This document shows, piece by piece, positions 30,340 to 39,199 of a stretch of DNA of 64,000 nt (positions are counted from its first letter, which is position 1; every line of letters begins with the position of its first letter). The stretch is from an uncultured bacterium (lineage in GTDB: Bacteria; Patescibacteriota; JACMRA01), in NCBI GenBank assembly GCA_963784355.1, contig CAWAQU010000007.1, positions 125,618-189,617 on the forward strand, read 5' to 3'. The translations under genes and the position numbers were made by a program. A model generated the notes under the pieces. The model made no database searches. It saw only the letters and a program-made list of their open reading frames with translations, and was not told the DNA's origin.

Positions 30340-30644
30340 AAAGATCAACCAATAATATCTCCTGCTGGAATCTATGGCTACTGGACTGAGCCAGTAACAA
30401 ACCAAAGTTTAACAACTTTTAGTATAATTACTACAGAAGTTAACAAAGAAATGCAAAGTCTGCACGATAGAATGCCTGTAATTATAAACCCTAAAGATGA
30501 AGAAAAGTACTTAGAAGCTGATGTAGATGCAGCTTACAGCTTACTTAGGCCAAGTGACGAAAAACTAGACACTTACGAGATTAGTAGGCTTGTGAATAGT
30601 CCTCAAAATAAAATAGTGAGGAACTTTTAAAACAAGTAGCCTAG
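30340..30644 (+). pseudogene. SOS response-associated peptidase (SRAP/YedK) remnant, C-terminal half
   Basis: Not in the ORF track. Translates KDQPIISPAGIYGYW...FSIITTEVNKEMQSLHDRMPVII...YEISRLVNSPQN. It lacks a start and the N-terminal MCGR. A frameshift near 30610 precedes SEELLKQVA*. Confidence 0.85.
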
Positions 30645-30822
30645 CTATAAAGTTATTTGCAGAGCCTAAAAAAGTATGCTATAAGATAATATGTTGGGAT
30701 TGAGTTTCAAACTCTCTTAACCATTTAACAGTTAAAAAGGAGAAAATCAATGGGAATACAAATTTAAGTAGGACACTAAATTGACAATCAAACAGATTTT
30801 AGTTAGAACAATTAAAATTTAT

Positions 30823-30963
30823 ATGCTTTTAAAACATAATAAGTTCAAAACTTCCTATTATTATCAAAAATTCAAGGTTGCTATTGTTATTGCTACTGTT
30901 ATTATTTTACTTGTGGGTACCTTAATTATTTACTTAGCTCGTAAGATGTACAATTTTGATTAG
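30823..30963 (+). CDS. Small single-TM hypothetical protein (46 aa)
   Basis: VAIVIATVIILLVGTLIIYL hydrophobic helix. Promoter-like TTGCAG-N17-TATAAG upstream near 30657-30685. Confidence 0.4.
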   Translation: MLLKHNKFKTSYYYQKFKVAIVIATVIILLVGTLIIYLARKMYNFD

Positions 30964-31050
30964 AACTAGAAGAAAATTCTGTGTTTAGTAATAATGGGTT
31001 TGCTATAAATATTTATTGGCCTAACTGAGAGTCTTTATTTTTTAACACAT

Positions 31051-32340
31051 TTAAACCTTCAACAACTCACTCCATACAGTTGTGTATCTAGGACTCCTCA
31101 TCTCCGCTTTAATCTGCCACTTTTGATTGTTTCCAAGAACAGCTAATTTAACACTATTTTTACCGTACTTGTTGTTTAATTTATCTACTGTTTGCATTAT
31201 TCTATCCTGTCTTTGAAACTCAGGGCTTGGCTCGTCAAACAAACTTAATTGTATAGAGGAATCAGAAGTAATATTTTGAACCATAACCCCGGCTTTCTGG
31301 TATTCGTAGCCCTCTTTGTAAATACTTTTTAAAAGCTTTATAGCATGATTTATTAGGGTAGGGGTGTAAGCAGTTTGTATAGGCAAAGCCAGGCTTGCTG
31401 AATTGTAATACATGTTGTCTTTAAATCTGTTAGCCATCAGGAAAACGTAGATAATTCCTGCTGCTGAATTTTGTTTACGAAGTTTTTCTCCAATGCGGGT
31501 GGTGTAGGTAGCTACAGCTTCACTTAACTCATTGAAATCTGAAACTTTAGTACCAAAACTACGTGATGAAACAATACCCTTCTTTGGATCAGCTACTTGT
31601 TCAATATCTATACACTTAATTCCCCTCAATTCCTGTACCATTTTAAGCCCTTGAATTGTTAGGTGTTTCTTGACCCAATCGTTATTGCACTGAGTAAGCT
31701 TATATGCATTTTCTATGTAGTAAGATTTAAGTTTTTTAGCGTATTGCCTTCCTATTCCCCAAATGTCTCTTACCTCAAATTGTTTAAGAAATTCATCTCT
31801 ATAGGGGTTTTGGTAAAGATTTAACACACCCTTGTACTTACCAACTCCATCATCAGATTTTCTAACCTCTTTTTTGGCTATTTCATTGGCAACTTTGGCT
31901 AAGGTCTTTGTTTCAGCTATTCCAATCGATACAGGAATACCAGTGTCTTTGCATATCCGCTCTTTGATCTCCTTCCCAAAATCTAATAATTGGCTAGGGT
32001 GAACATGACTTAGATCCAGAAAAGCTTCATCTATTGAATAAACTTCAAGATTAGAACCAAATTCAATAAGAGTTTTCATTACACGGTCGCTCATGTCACC
32101 GTAGAGGGCATAATTACTGGATAACACCTCACAACCCATTTCTTTAAGTTGATCTTTTACTTGAAACAAAGGAATGCCCATTGGAATACCAGCGTTTTTT
32201 ACCTCATTACTTCTAGCTACAATACAACCATCATTGTTTGATAACACTACCACTGGTTTATTCCTCAAATCAGGTCTAAATACTCGCTCACAAGAAACGT
32301 AGAAGTTATTACAATCAATTAGAGCAATGGCATTAGACAT
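31051..32340 (-). CDS. umuC: Y-family DNA polymerase V subunit UmuC
   Basis: [31 protein letters not shown]-terminal RSPRYTT.W.EL. Confidence 0.95.
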   Translation of the reverse strand: MSNAIALIDCNNFYVSCERVFRPDLRNKPVVVLSNNDGCIVARSNEVKNAGIPMGIPLFQVKDQLKEMGCEVLSSNYALYGDMSDRVMKTLIEFGSNLEVYSIDEAFLDLSHVHPSQLLDFGKEIKERICKDTGIPVSIGIAETKTLAKVANEIAKKEVRKSDDGVGKYKGVLNLYQNPYRDEFLKQFEVRDIWGIGRQYAKKLKSYYIENAYKLTQCNNDWVKKHLTIQGLKMVQELRGIKCIDIEQVADPKKGIVSSRSFGTKVSDFNELSEAVATYTTRIGEKLRKQNSAAGIIYVFLMANRFKDNMYYNSASLALPIQTAYTPTLINHAIKLLKSIYKEGYEYQKAGVMVQNITSDSSIQLSLFDEPSPEFQRQDRIMQTVDKLNNKYGKNSVKLAVLGNNQKWQIKAEMRSPRYTTVWSELLKV

Positions 32341-32348
32341 AACATAAT

Positions 32349-32765
32349 TTAAAACTTTCTAATTATTGATGAGACAACACCCCAAACTTCAAAATATGTA
32401 TTGTCAGTGATTAAAATAGGTTTATAAGCTGTATTCTCAGATATAAGGTATACTTCATCTTTATTTTTTTTAAATCTTTTTACAGTAAATTCTGAATTAA
32501 CAACTGCTAAAATAATATCTCCATTTTTTGCTATTTTGCTTCGATCTACTACAATCATATCTCCAGCGAATATACCTGCGTCTTTCATTGATTCTCCTTC
32601 TATTTTTAGAAAAAATGTAGAAGCCGGATGTTCTATCAAAAACTCATTCAAATCTAGCTTTTCATTAATATAGTCATCTGCAGGTGAAGGAAACCCAGCC
32701 TGCACCAAGCTCGAAAAATACGGTAGTGTAATCTTTTTTCCTATTTTTGTTTTGAAAATCTGCAT
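32349..32765 (-). CDS. umuD: DNA polymerase V subunit UmuD (S24 peptidase)
   Basis: [27 protein letters not shown]. Confidence 0.95.
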   Translation of the reverse strand: MQIFKTKIGKKITLPYFSSLVQAGFPSPADDYINEKLDLNEFLIEHPASTFFLKIEGESMKDAGIFAGDMIVVDRSKIAKNGDIILAVVNSEFTVKRFKKNKDEVYLISENTAYKPILITDNTYFEVWGVVSSIIRKF

Positions 32766-32897
32766 AATTTAGCTAATAACACATAACTGTAGATTTAGCA
32801 AGTAAAGAGGAACTAAAGAAGCAAATAGAGCTATTAATAAATTTGCATAGATAATAAAAGTATGCTAACGTAAAATAGCAAACGTTGAGGAAATATA

Positions 32898-33185
32898 ATG
32901 GGTTTTGTATCTTCTGGTGGATGTATAGATTACGATCCTGATAGGCTAACAAACGCACTGATAGTAAAAAGCACTAATTATACAATATTAAGTGCAGACT
33001 ATATCAAATTGATTTTTAGTTTGGTACATAATATATATGCTGATAAACCTTACCAAGCTTTAAATCAGGAACCGTTTGACTATATTTTCCAAAGAATACC
33101 AGCCCCTAGGATGTTAACTCAGGAGGCTTGGAAACAGTTTCTGACGGATGTACATGAAATTTGGTTACAGTATGTTATAATGTAA
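32898..33185 (+). CDS. Hypothetical protein (95 aa)
   Basis: ORF with GAGG SD-like motif 7 nt before the ATG. Confidence 0.55.
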   Translation: MGFVSSGGCIDYDPDRLTNALIVKSTNYTILSADYIKLIFSLVHNIYADKPYQALNQEPFDYIFQRIPAPRMLTQEAWKQFLTDVHEIWLQYVIM

Positions 33186-33290
33186 TTATTTGTAATCGTT
33201 TCTTGTTAAGCAGATAGCGTGTAACAACCTTTCTGCTTTTTTGTAGCCAAATTAATTTAAAGCTTTATTTTAAATCCATAATTTTGACCC

Positions 33291-33327
33291 AATAACAAGC
33301 CAGCAATTTAGCTGGTCTTTTGTTATT
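33291..33327. terminator. Probable bidirectional intrinsic terminator
   Basis: AATAACAA-G-CCAGC aattta GCTGG-TCTT-TTGTTATT hairpin between convergent genes. Confidence 0.55.
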
Positions 33328-33539
33328 TCTACCGCCCACCCTTTTAATTTATGAATGGATTTTATTACCCTGCTTTTGCCTGGCTTTTTTTATCTGGACT
33401 AGACGGTTCTATCAAGACGTATTTTCTATTTTCTCACTCACATCACCACCCCTGCTGCTCGTAAGAAAACCGCAATTTCCTTGAAATTACTTAAAAAATA
33501 GTCTATGACAGAACTTGCTAGTACTAATTTATATCAGCT

Positions 33540-34724
33540 TTATTCTACTGCTGTAAAAGGCCAAAGATTATCTTGATAAATTATTGGTTGAATTGATTTA
33601 TTTTCTTTGAAATCTTTGATTTTGTTGTAAAATTTCCAACCGCTTAAAATATTTTTGTTAGTTACAAATCTCTCAAAATTGTGTTCAAGCAAATCTTCAA
33701 ATAAATTTGTGTGATCCATTTTTTCATTATCTGATAGGTCTTGGAATAATTTCTGACTGCCTTTAATTAGTTCAAGATAACTTTCAGGATTAATTCTCCA
33801 TACCAACTTACTATCATCAGTAAAATACATCGTAATTTCAGTATTTTTTAGACCCAAACTCTTGCCAGATTCAAATTCCAGCTCAATATTTTTGTTATTT
33901 ATTTTAAGCTCAGAATTTATTTTGAAATATGTATCGGTATTTGAGCTATCCAAATTTGAGTCAGAAATATAAGAGCTATACTGTCCCAAAATTAAATCCC
34001 TAACCTCAAAATTTTCTACATTGCTCCAATCTGAGTCCTCAGAGTAATATTTTAAACCTAAATCTAGAAGTGAATACAAGTGGACAAAAATATCCTTTAA
34101 AGCACCAGTTTGCTCATAATAACCAGCCCTGTCTTTAACCCCGATTGATTCTAAAGCTTTGATTTCAATTTTATTAAGTTCTTTATTTTCAATTTCTTTA
34201 AACCTTTGCCAATCTGATTTCGTAATTATGGTGGGGCTTTTAAACAAATAGTGGTCCGAAAAATGAATATGACCGTGAAGATCACAAGCAGTTATGATAT
34301 CCAGCATTCTTTCGGCTTCTTCCAAAATTCTGCCAAATGGCTTTTCAATAATTAGGTCAATTTCTTTTGTGCTATAAGGGCATGAGTTTTTTAAGATATC
34401 TGTAAATAACTCTGGTGGGATTGCCAAATAAAGCACTAGTCGCTCATTTTCTTTCAAATCAGATATAAAGTTGAAAAATATTTTACTATCAGAGTAATTG
34501 CCCTGAACATAACTTATTTTTTGGACAACATGTTTTTTTGTTGAAGTATTTTCATTTAGAATATCTAGGACCTTTTCTTCATCGGGTTTAGATCTAGAGT
34601 ATCCAATCAGCTCTATTACTACTTTTTCTTGATTTAACTCTGCAAATTGGGCTACTGCAGGTAAAATTTTTCTTTTTGCTAAATCACCAGTTATACCATA
34701 AATTACCAATTTCCAAGTTTGCAT
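33540..34724 (-). CDS. zwf: Glucose-6-phosphate 1-dehydrogenase (divergent, short)
   Basis: IYGITGDLAKRKILPA, IIEKPFG, DHYLFK, RAGYYEQTGALKD, LGQY. Confidence 0.85.
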   Translation of the reverse strand: MQTWKLVIYGITGDLAKRKILPAVAQFAELNQEKVVIELIGYSRSKPDEEKVLDILNENTSTKKHVVQKISYVQGNYSDSKIFFNFISDLKENERLVLYLAIPPELFTDILKNSCPYSTKEIDLIIEKPFGRILEEAERMLDIITACDLHGHIHFSDHYLFKSPTIITKSDWQRFKEIENKELNKIEIKALESIGVKDRAGYYEQTGALKDIFVHLYSLLDLGLKYYSEDSDWSNVENFEVRDLILGQYSSYISDSNLDSSNTDTYFKINSELKINNKNIELEFESGKSLGLKNTEITMYFTDDSKLVWRINPESYLELIKGSQKLFQDLSDNEKMDHTNLFEDLLEHNFERFVTNKNILSGWKFYNKIKDFKENKSIQPIIYQDNLWPFTAVE

Positions 34725-34853
34725 AAATCTTATGTATAATTAAATTATTAATTGTCAGTTTTTATACTACTCTTATTATTGCAATAATGTAAAGAAAGCA
34801 GCTCAATATTCTTGACAAAACCAGACAAATCATCTTTTAATTCAGTTGAAGTC

Positions 34854-34929
34854 GCCAACATAGCTCAGTTGGTAGAGCATCTCCATGGTAAGGAGAAGGT
34901 CACCAGTTCGATTCTGGTTGTTGGCTCCA
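34854..34929 (+). tRNA. tRNA-Thr (GGT)
   Basis: GCCAACA/TGTTGGC acceptor stem, TCTCC-ATGGTAA-GGAGA anticodon arm, TTCGATT T-loop, encoded CCA. Confidence 0.97.
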
Positions 34930-34962
34930 GTTTATTCAATTTAAGCCCCTATTCGGGGAGTT

Positions 34963-35262
34963 TTATATTTCACCAGATTGTTTTGATTCGGGTTTGGATT
35001 TCTTCAATTTTTGCAAATTAGCGTTTTGAGATGTTGCGTCAACCTGTAGTAATTTGTTTGAATTATCAACTTTTTTGACCTCATCAGTAAGCTCTTGTTT
35101 TTCTAATTCCACTAAAATATTTCCAAGTTTGGGCCCTTGATTTAACATTACTGTAGGTATCCCAATCATTACTGCATTAATCATTCCAAATGTTAAAATT
35201 CTTTGGGCAGGCCCCATTTTATTTTCAAGTATATTTTGATGATTACTCTTAACTTTTTCCAT
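34963..35262 (-). CDS. Hypothetical protein with one hydrophobic segment
   Basis: 99-aa ORF with TTGACA upstream on the minus strand. Confidence 0.55.
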   Translation of the reverse strand: MEKVKSNHQNILENKMGPAQRILTFGMINAVMIGIPTVMLNQGPKLGNILVELEKQELTDEVKKVDNSNKLLQVDATSQNANLQKLKKSKPESKQSGEI

Positions 35263-35324
35263 AAAATTGTATTAAATTAAATTAACTGTAAATAACACTA
35301 CTGAAATAAGTTTTTGTCAAATAT

Positions 35325-36014
35325 ATGCTTTATATAGTCCCCACTCCAATAGGAAATTTAGAAGATATTACAATACGTAGTGTAAGGCTTTTCCGCGAAG
35401 CCCATGCTATCATTTGTGAAGATGGGAGAACGACCCGCAAACTAATGGATTTGTTGCAGATTGAAAATAAACCTAAAATGATAAATATCACTAAAAGCCA
35501 TGTATTTAATCAGTTTCAAGTAAATGAGGTGCTGGAAAATCTCAAAAAAAGTGAAATGGAAGAAGTGGAAACTAAAATTTTGTTGGTTTCTGATGCGGGT
35601 ACACCAGGAATTAGTGATCCTGGTTGGGAAGTAATTGATTTAGCAATCAAAAAAGATATAAAATTTAGTGTAATTCCAGGGCCTGTGGCATTTGTGCCTG
35701 CAGCAATATCTAGCGGACTTATATCAAAAGATTTTGTATTTTTAGGATTTTTACCCTTGAAAAAAGGTAGGCAGACTGCCTGGAAAGAGATTCAAACTTG
35801 TGACAAACCAATAATTATATATGAATCGGTGCACAGAATCAAAAAATTTCTTGAGGAATGTAACGTGTATTTGGAACCTGAAAGACGAATTTGTATTTGT
35901 AACGATTTGACCAAATTTTACGAGAAAATATGGAGAGTTAGGGTAGGGGAGATAGACACACTTGAAATACCTGAAAAAGGTGAGTTTTGTGTTGTAATCC
36001 AGGCTAAAAAATAG
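35325..36014 (+). CDS. rsmI: 16S rRNA C1402 2'-O-methyltransferase
   Basis: MLYIVPTPIGNLEDIT, LVSDAGTPGISDPG, IYESVHR. Confidence 0.95.
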   Translation: MLYIVPTPIGNLEDITIRSVRLFREAHAIICEDGRTTRKLMDLLQIENKPKMINITKSHVFNQFQVNEVLENLKKSEMEEVETKILLVSDAGTPGISDPGWEVIDLAIKKDIKFSVIPGPVAFVPAAISSGLISKDFVFLGFLPLKKGRQTAWKEIQTCDKPIIIYESVHRIKKFLEECNVYLEPERRICICNDLTKFYEKIWRVRVGEIDTLEIPEKGEFCVVIQAKK

Positions 36015-36020
36015 CAATTA

Positions 36021-36383
36021 CTATTCTGCGTTTTCTTCAATCCTGTTTACAAGACTATTACCAAGGGCTAAGGCTAAAGTAATTATAAAGGCTGTAAATA
36101 AATTTTCACCAAATGTACCTCTTAATTCTACTCCCTTGATTGTATTTGCTACAAGAATTACTGCAAACAAGTTTAGAAAAATATTAAAAAATCCAAGCGT
36201 AAGGATGCTAATTGGCAAGGTTAAAATTTTGATAATCGGTAAAATAGTCCAATTTAGTACAGTAAGAATAAATATAAAAGCTACCGCTGGAAAAATTCCG
36301 TTTACCTCAAAATTCGGCAATAGGGCGGAAAGACCTAAAATAATTAAAATATTGACTAGTAAGTGAAACAGTGCGCGTAACAT
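36021..36383 (-). CDS. YvlD-like (phage holin family 4-2) membrane protein
   Basis: LN..ILPIIKILTLPISILTLGFF motif, four TM segments. Confidence 0.85.
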   Translation of the reverse strand: MLRALFHLLVNILIILGLSALLPNFEVNGIFPAVAFIFILTVLNWTILPIIKILTLPISILTLGFFNIFLNLFAVILVANTIKGVELRGTFGENLFTAFIITLALALGNSLVNRIEENAE

Positions 36384-36477
36384 GTTTTTTGTTTAAATGG
36401 TTTCTTGAAATTAGTCAATATATATGGATGGTAGTCTTGACAAAATTTGGCTTTCCGGCCTTGTTTTTAACATAAAT

Positions 36478-36552
36478 CGGGACGTGGTGCACCGGTAGCA
36501 TGCTCGCATGGGGTGCGAGTGGTAGTGGGTTCAATTCCCGCCGTCCCGACCA
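36478..36552 (+). tRNA. tRNA-Pro (GGG)
   Basis: CGGGACG/CGTCCCG acceptor stem, CTCGC-ATGGGGT-GCGAG anticodon arm, TTCAATT T-loop, encoded CCA. Confidence 0.95.
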
Positions 36553-36571
36553 TAAAAATTTATTTTTACAT

Positions 36572-37018
36572 ATGCCAACCAAAGCTAAAAAAGAAGATCT
36601 AAAAAATGTTTTAAAGCTTGTATTGGAGTTTAAAAATTTTGATCATCCCAAAGTAATTGAACAAACTGAAGTTGATAGAATAGAGAAGAATCTTGAAGAT
36701 ATTTTGGATTTGGGCCACACTCAAATTTTATTATTAGTGGAGGATAGTGAGGTGATCGGTTATGCCACCGCAGTTGTATATGATAGTGTAACTGACTGTG
36801 AGAAAAATGTTTATATTGATGAGCTTTTTATAAGTAGTAATTATCAAAATAAAGGGCTTGGTAGTAAATTTTTAGAAGAGATTAAAAATTGGTGTAGAGA
36901 GCAAAATGCAACTAAAATGAAGCTGGTTACAAGGTCTGATAATTCGAGAGCTCAGTATTTTTACGAAAAAAACTTAGGTATAAAAAAAGACAAAATCAAT
37001 TATACTTTTGAATTGTAG
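36572..37018 (+). CDS. GNAT family N-acetyltransferase
   Basis: YIDELFIS..YQNKGLGSK and N..AQYFYEK. Start moved downstream of the tRNA. Confidence 0.9.
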   Translation: MPTKAKKEDLKNVLKLVLEFKNFDHPKVIEQTEVDRIEKNLEDILDLGHTQILLLVEDSEVIGYATAVVYDSVTDCEKNVYIDELFISSNYQNKGLGSKFLEEIKNWCREQNATKMKLVTRSDNSRAQYFYEKNLGIKKDKINYTFEL

Positions 37019-37061
37019 CAAGTCTTTACAAATTCACTTTTTTAATTTTAACTAGAGTCAT

Positions 37062-37138
37062 GGTTCCCTAGCTCAATTGGATAGAGCAGTTCCGTCCTAA
37101 GGAAAAGGTTGTGCGTTCGATTCGCGCGGGGACCACCA
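37062..37138 (+). tRNA. tRNA-Arg (CCT)
   Basis: GGTTCCC/GGGGACC acceptor stem, TTCC-GTCCTAA-GGAA anticodon arm, TTCGATT T-loop, encoded CCA. Confidence 0.95.
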
Positions 37139-37237
37139 TATTTAAACTTTTTGCAGACGCCAGGCTGTTTTTTGTTGGTAAAATTCTAAACTATAGACAC
37201 CCACTACTAAATTAAAATAGTAAGCACGATTCGATTA

Positions 37238-37297
37238 AACTCAAAATATGAAATGCCAACTCAAAATTTTGACCATATCTACAAAATATGATATAAT
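37238..37297 (+). promoter_or_regulatory. Promoter TTGACC-N17-TATAAT (extended -10) overlapped by three CAAAAT direct repeats at 20-bp spacing
   Basis: -35 at 37269-37274, -10 at 37292-37297. CAAAAT at 37242, 37262 and 37282. Confidence 0.65.
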
Positions 37298-37311
37298 TAG
37301 GGTATACAAAC

Positions 37312-37599
37312 ATGTCTACTTCCGCAAATACCGCTGTTAAAAATACAAATGATCCTAGCTCTAGGTTGGCTATTTTGCAGTCGGGCTATAGAAGTTTTGT
37401 TGGTAGTGTAAGAGTACCTATTCCTGCAGATACCAAGTGGCTTTTAGAAATAGTATGTAGCCATGGTGCCCCACATCAACTTAAACATGGAGCAACAATA
37501 TACGATCAGGCAGATAGTTATTTGAAAAGCTTTGTTTGGAAGCATCAAAATAGTCTAAATAAGCAAAGACAAGATTGGGTTAAATCAATGAAAACTTAA
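37312..37599 (+). CDS. Hypothetical protein (95 aa)
   Basis: ORF directly downstream of a near-consensus promoter. Confidence 0.7.
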   Translation: MSTSANTAVKNTNDPSSRLAILQSGYRSFVGSVRVPIPADTKWLLEIVCSHGAPHQLKHGATIYDQADSYLKSFVWKHQNSLNKQRQDWVKSMKT

Positions 37600-37649
37600 G
37601 TAAAGCAATTTTTGACCAAAACCAAAACTTAGAGTATTATTTAAGTATA

Positions 37650-39053
37650 ATGGCAGATAACGATAACTTATGTTATATCGGTACCGTAGATGTAGACAAC
37701 AGTTTTAAGTCTTTCGGAATGCTGCAAGAAGATAGGCGTAGACATGTCTATATATTAGGAAAATCCGGAATGGGGAAAAGTACTTTGCTTGAAAATATGG
37801 TACTTCAGGACATTTATGCCGGGCATGGGGTTTGCTATTTGGATCCACTTGGTGACTCTGCAGAAAGCATTTTAGATCAGATTCCTGCTTATAGACAAAA
37901 AGATGTGATTTATTTTAATCCGGTAGATATGGATTTCCCAATTGGTCTTAATATGCTTGAAAGTAAGGGTGAGCCGGATTTTTTGATTGCCTCAAGCTTG
38001 ATGACTGTATTAAAGAGAATTTGGGAAGGTACTTGGTCTTCAAGAATGGAATATATTTTAAATAACACAATATTGGCGTTGTTGGAAACACCGGGAAGTA
38101 CTCTGCTTGGGGTGGTTAAACTATTGACTGATAAACCCTTTAGAGATATTATAATCAAAAACTGTGACAATATTTTAGTTAAAAATTTTTGGGAACAAGA
38201 ATTTCCGAGGCTCAGTCCACAATATCAAAGTGAAGCCATTGCTCCAATTCTGAATAAAATTGGTCAGTTTTTCTCTACGGGAATGATTAGAAATATACTG
38301 GGTCAGAGTAAAAGCACAATCAACTTTAGAGAAATTATGGATGGGCAGAAGATTTTGATTGCAAATTTAGCTAAAGGTAAGATTGGCGAAGACAATTCTA
38401 GTCTGCTTGGAAGTATGCTTGTGACTAAATTCCAACTTGCAGCCATGAGCAGAACTGACATGCCGGAAAATGAACGTAAAGATTTTTATTTATATGTTGA
38501 TGAGTTTCAAAATTTTATTACAGATAGTTTTGCAACAATTTTAAGCGAGGCTAGAAAATATAGACTTTGTTTGAATATTGCCCATCAGTATATTGCTCAA
38601 CTCACCACGCTTGAAAGTGAGAAAATTAAGAATGCAATTTTTGGTAATGTAGGTACAATTATTACTTTTAGGGTAGGGGCTTCAGATAGTGAAATCTTGG
38701 AGCTTGAGCTTCAGCCAGTCCCAAAAGAAAGCTTTTTAAATCTGGATAGGGGCCAAATAATTGTAAAATTATCTGTGAGTAATAGAACTTTAGCTCCCTT
38801 TGTGGCAATGACTATACCACCTATTTATTCTGGACTAAAGGGTAGTAAACAAACTCTTATAAATTACTCTAGATCCAGGTGGGGAACGCCTAGAGATATA
38901 ATAGAAGGGGAAATTAAAGATTATTTTACAAAAGGGTTGATTACTAATGTTGAAACCGGGGAAGTGGTTGTAGCTGCTAAGAAAAAGCGAAAGCGTAAAA
39001 AGAAACCGGGTGAAGGTTTGGATGTGGCTCAAACTGATAGTCCAGTGAATTAG
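37650..39053 (+). CDS. VirD4/TraG/TrwB-like (HerA/FtsK) ATPase, stand-alone
   Basis: DRRRHVYILGKSGMGKST, LDPLGD, YVDEFQNF, LSEARKYRL, AHQY, FGNVGT. Confidence 0.9.
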   Translation: MADNDNLCYIGTVDVDNSFKSFGMLQEDRRRHVYILGKSGMGKSTLLENMVLQDIYAGHGVCYLDPLGDSAESILDQIPAYRQKDVIYFNPVDMDFPIGLNMLESKGEPDFLIASSLMTVLKRIWEGTWSSRMEYILNNTILALLETPGSTLLGVVKLLTDKPFRDIIIKNCDNILVKNFWEQEFPRLSPQYQSEAIAPILNKIGQFFSTGMIRNILGQSKSTINFREIMDGQKILIANLAKGKIGEDNSSLLGSMLVTKFQLAAMSRTDMPENERKDFYLYVDEFQNFITDSFATILSEARKYRLCLNIAHQYIAQLTTLESEKIKNAIFGNVGTIITFRVGASDSEILELELQPVPKESFLNLDRGQIIVKLSVSNRTLAPFVAMTIPPIYSGLKGSKQTLINYSRSRWGTPRDIIEGEIKDYFTKGLITNVETGEVVVAAKKKRKRKKKPGEGLDVAQTDSPVN

Positions 39054-39199
39054 CCCTGATAAATGCTGAATACGGGATCTAGTGTATAAGCTTTGCCTGG
39101 TATTGACATATTTATAAATACTCATGATATTCTGTTTGATTTACAAAAAGATAAAATAACAATACAATTCAAGTAACAATCTTACTTTACAGCTAAAAT

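Noticed and set aside
33330-33539. Higher-GC intergenic stretch as ncRNA or gene
   Set aside because: No convincing stems, known RNA motif or sustained reading frame; probably debris.
34812-35021. 69-aa ORF
   Set aside because: It runs through tRNA-Thr and its promoter.
36021-36383. Prophage lysis gene
   Set aside because: YvlD-like holin-family genes are common chromosomal genes, and no endolysin or phage structural genes are nearby.
36500-36571. N-terminal extension of the GNAT ORF
   Set aside because: It lies inside tRNA-Pro; ATG 36572 is the plausible start.
37650-39053. Conjugative element
   Set aside because: No relaxase, VirB4, mating-pair genes or oriT. Stand-alone VirD4-like ATPases are usual in CPR genomes.
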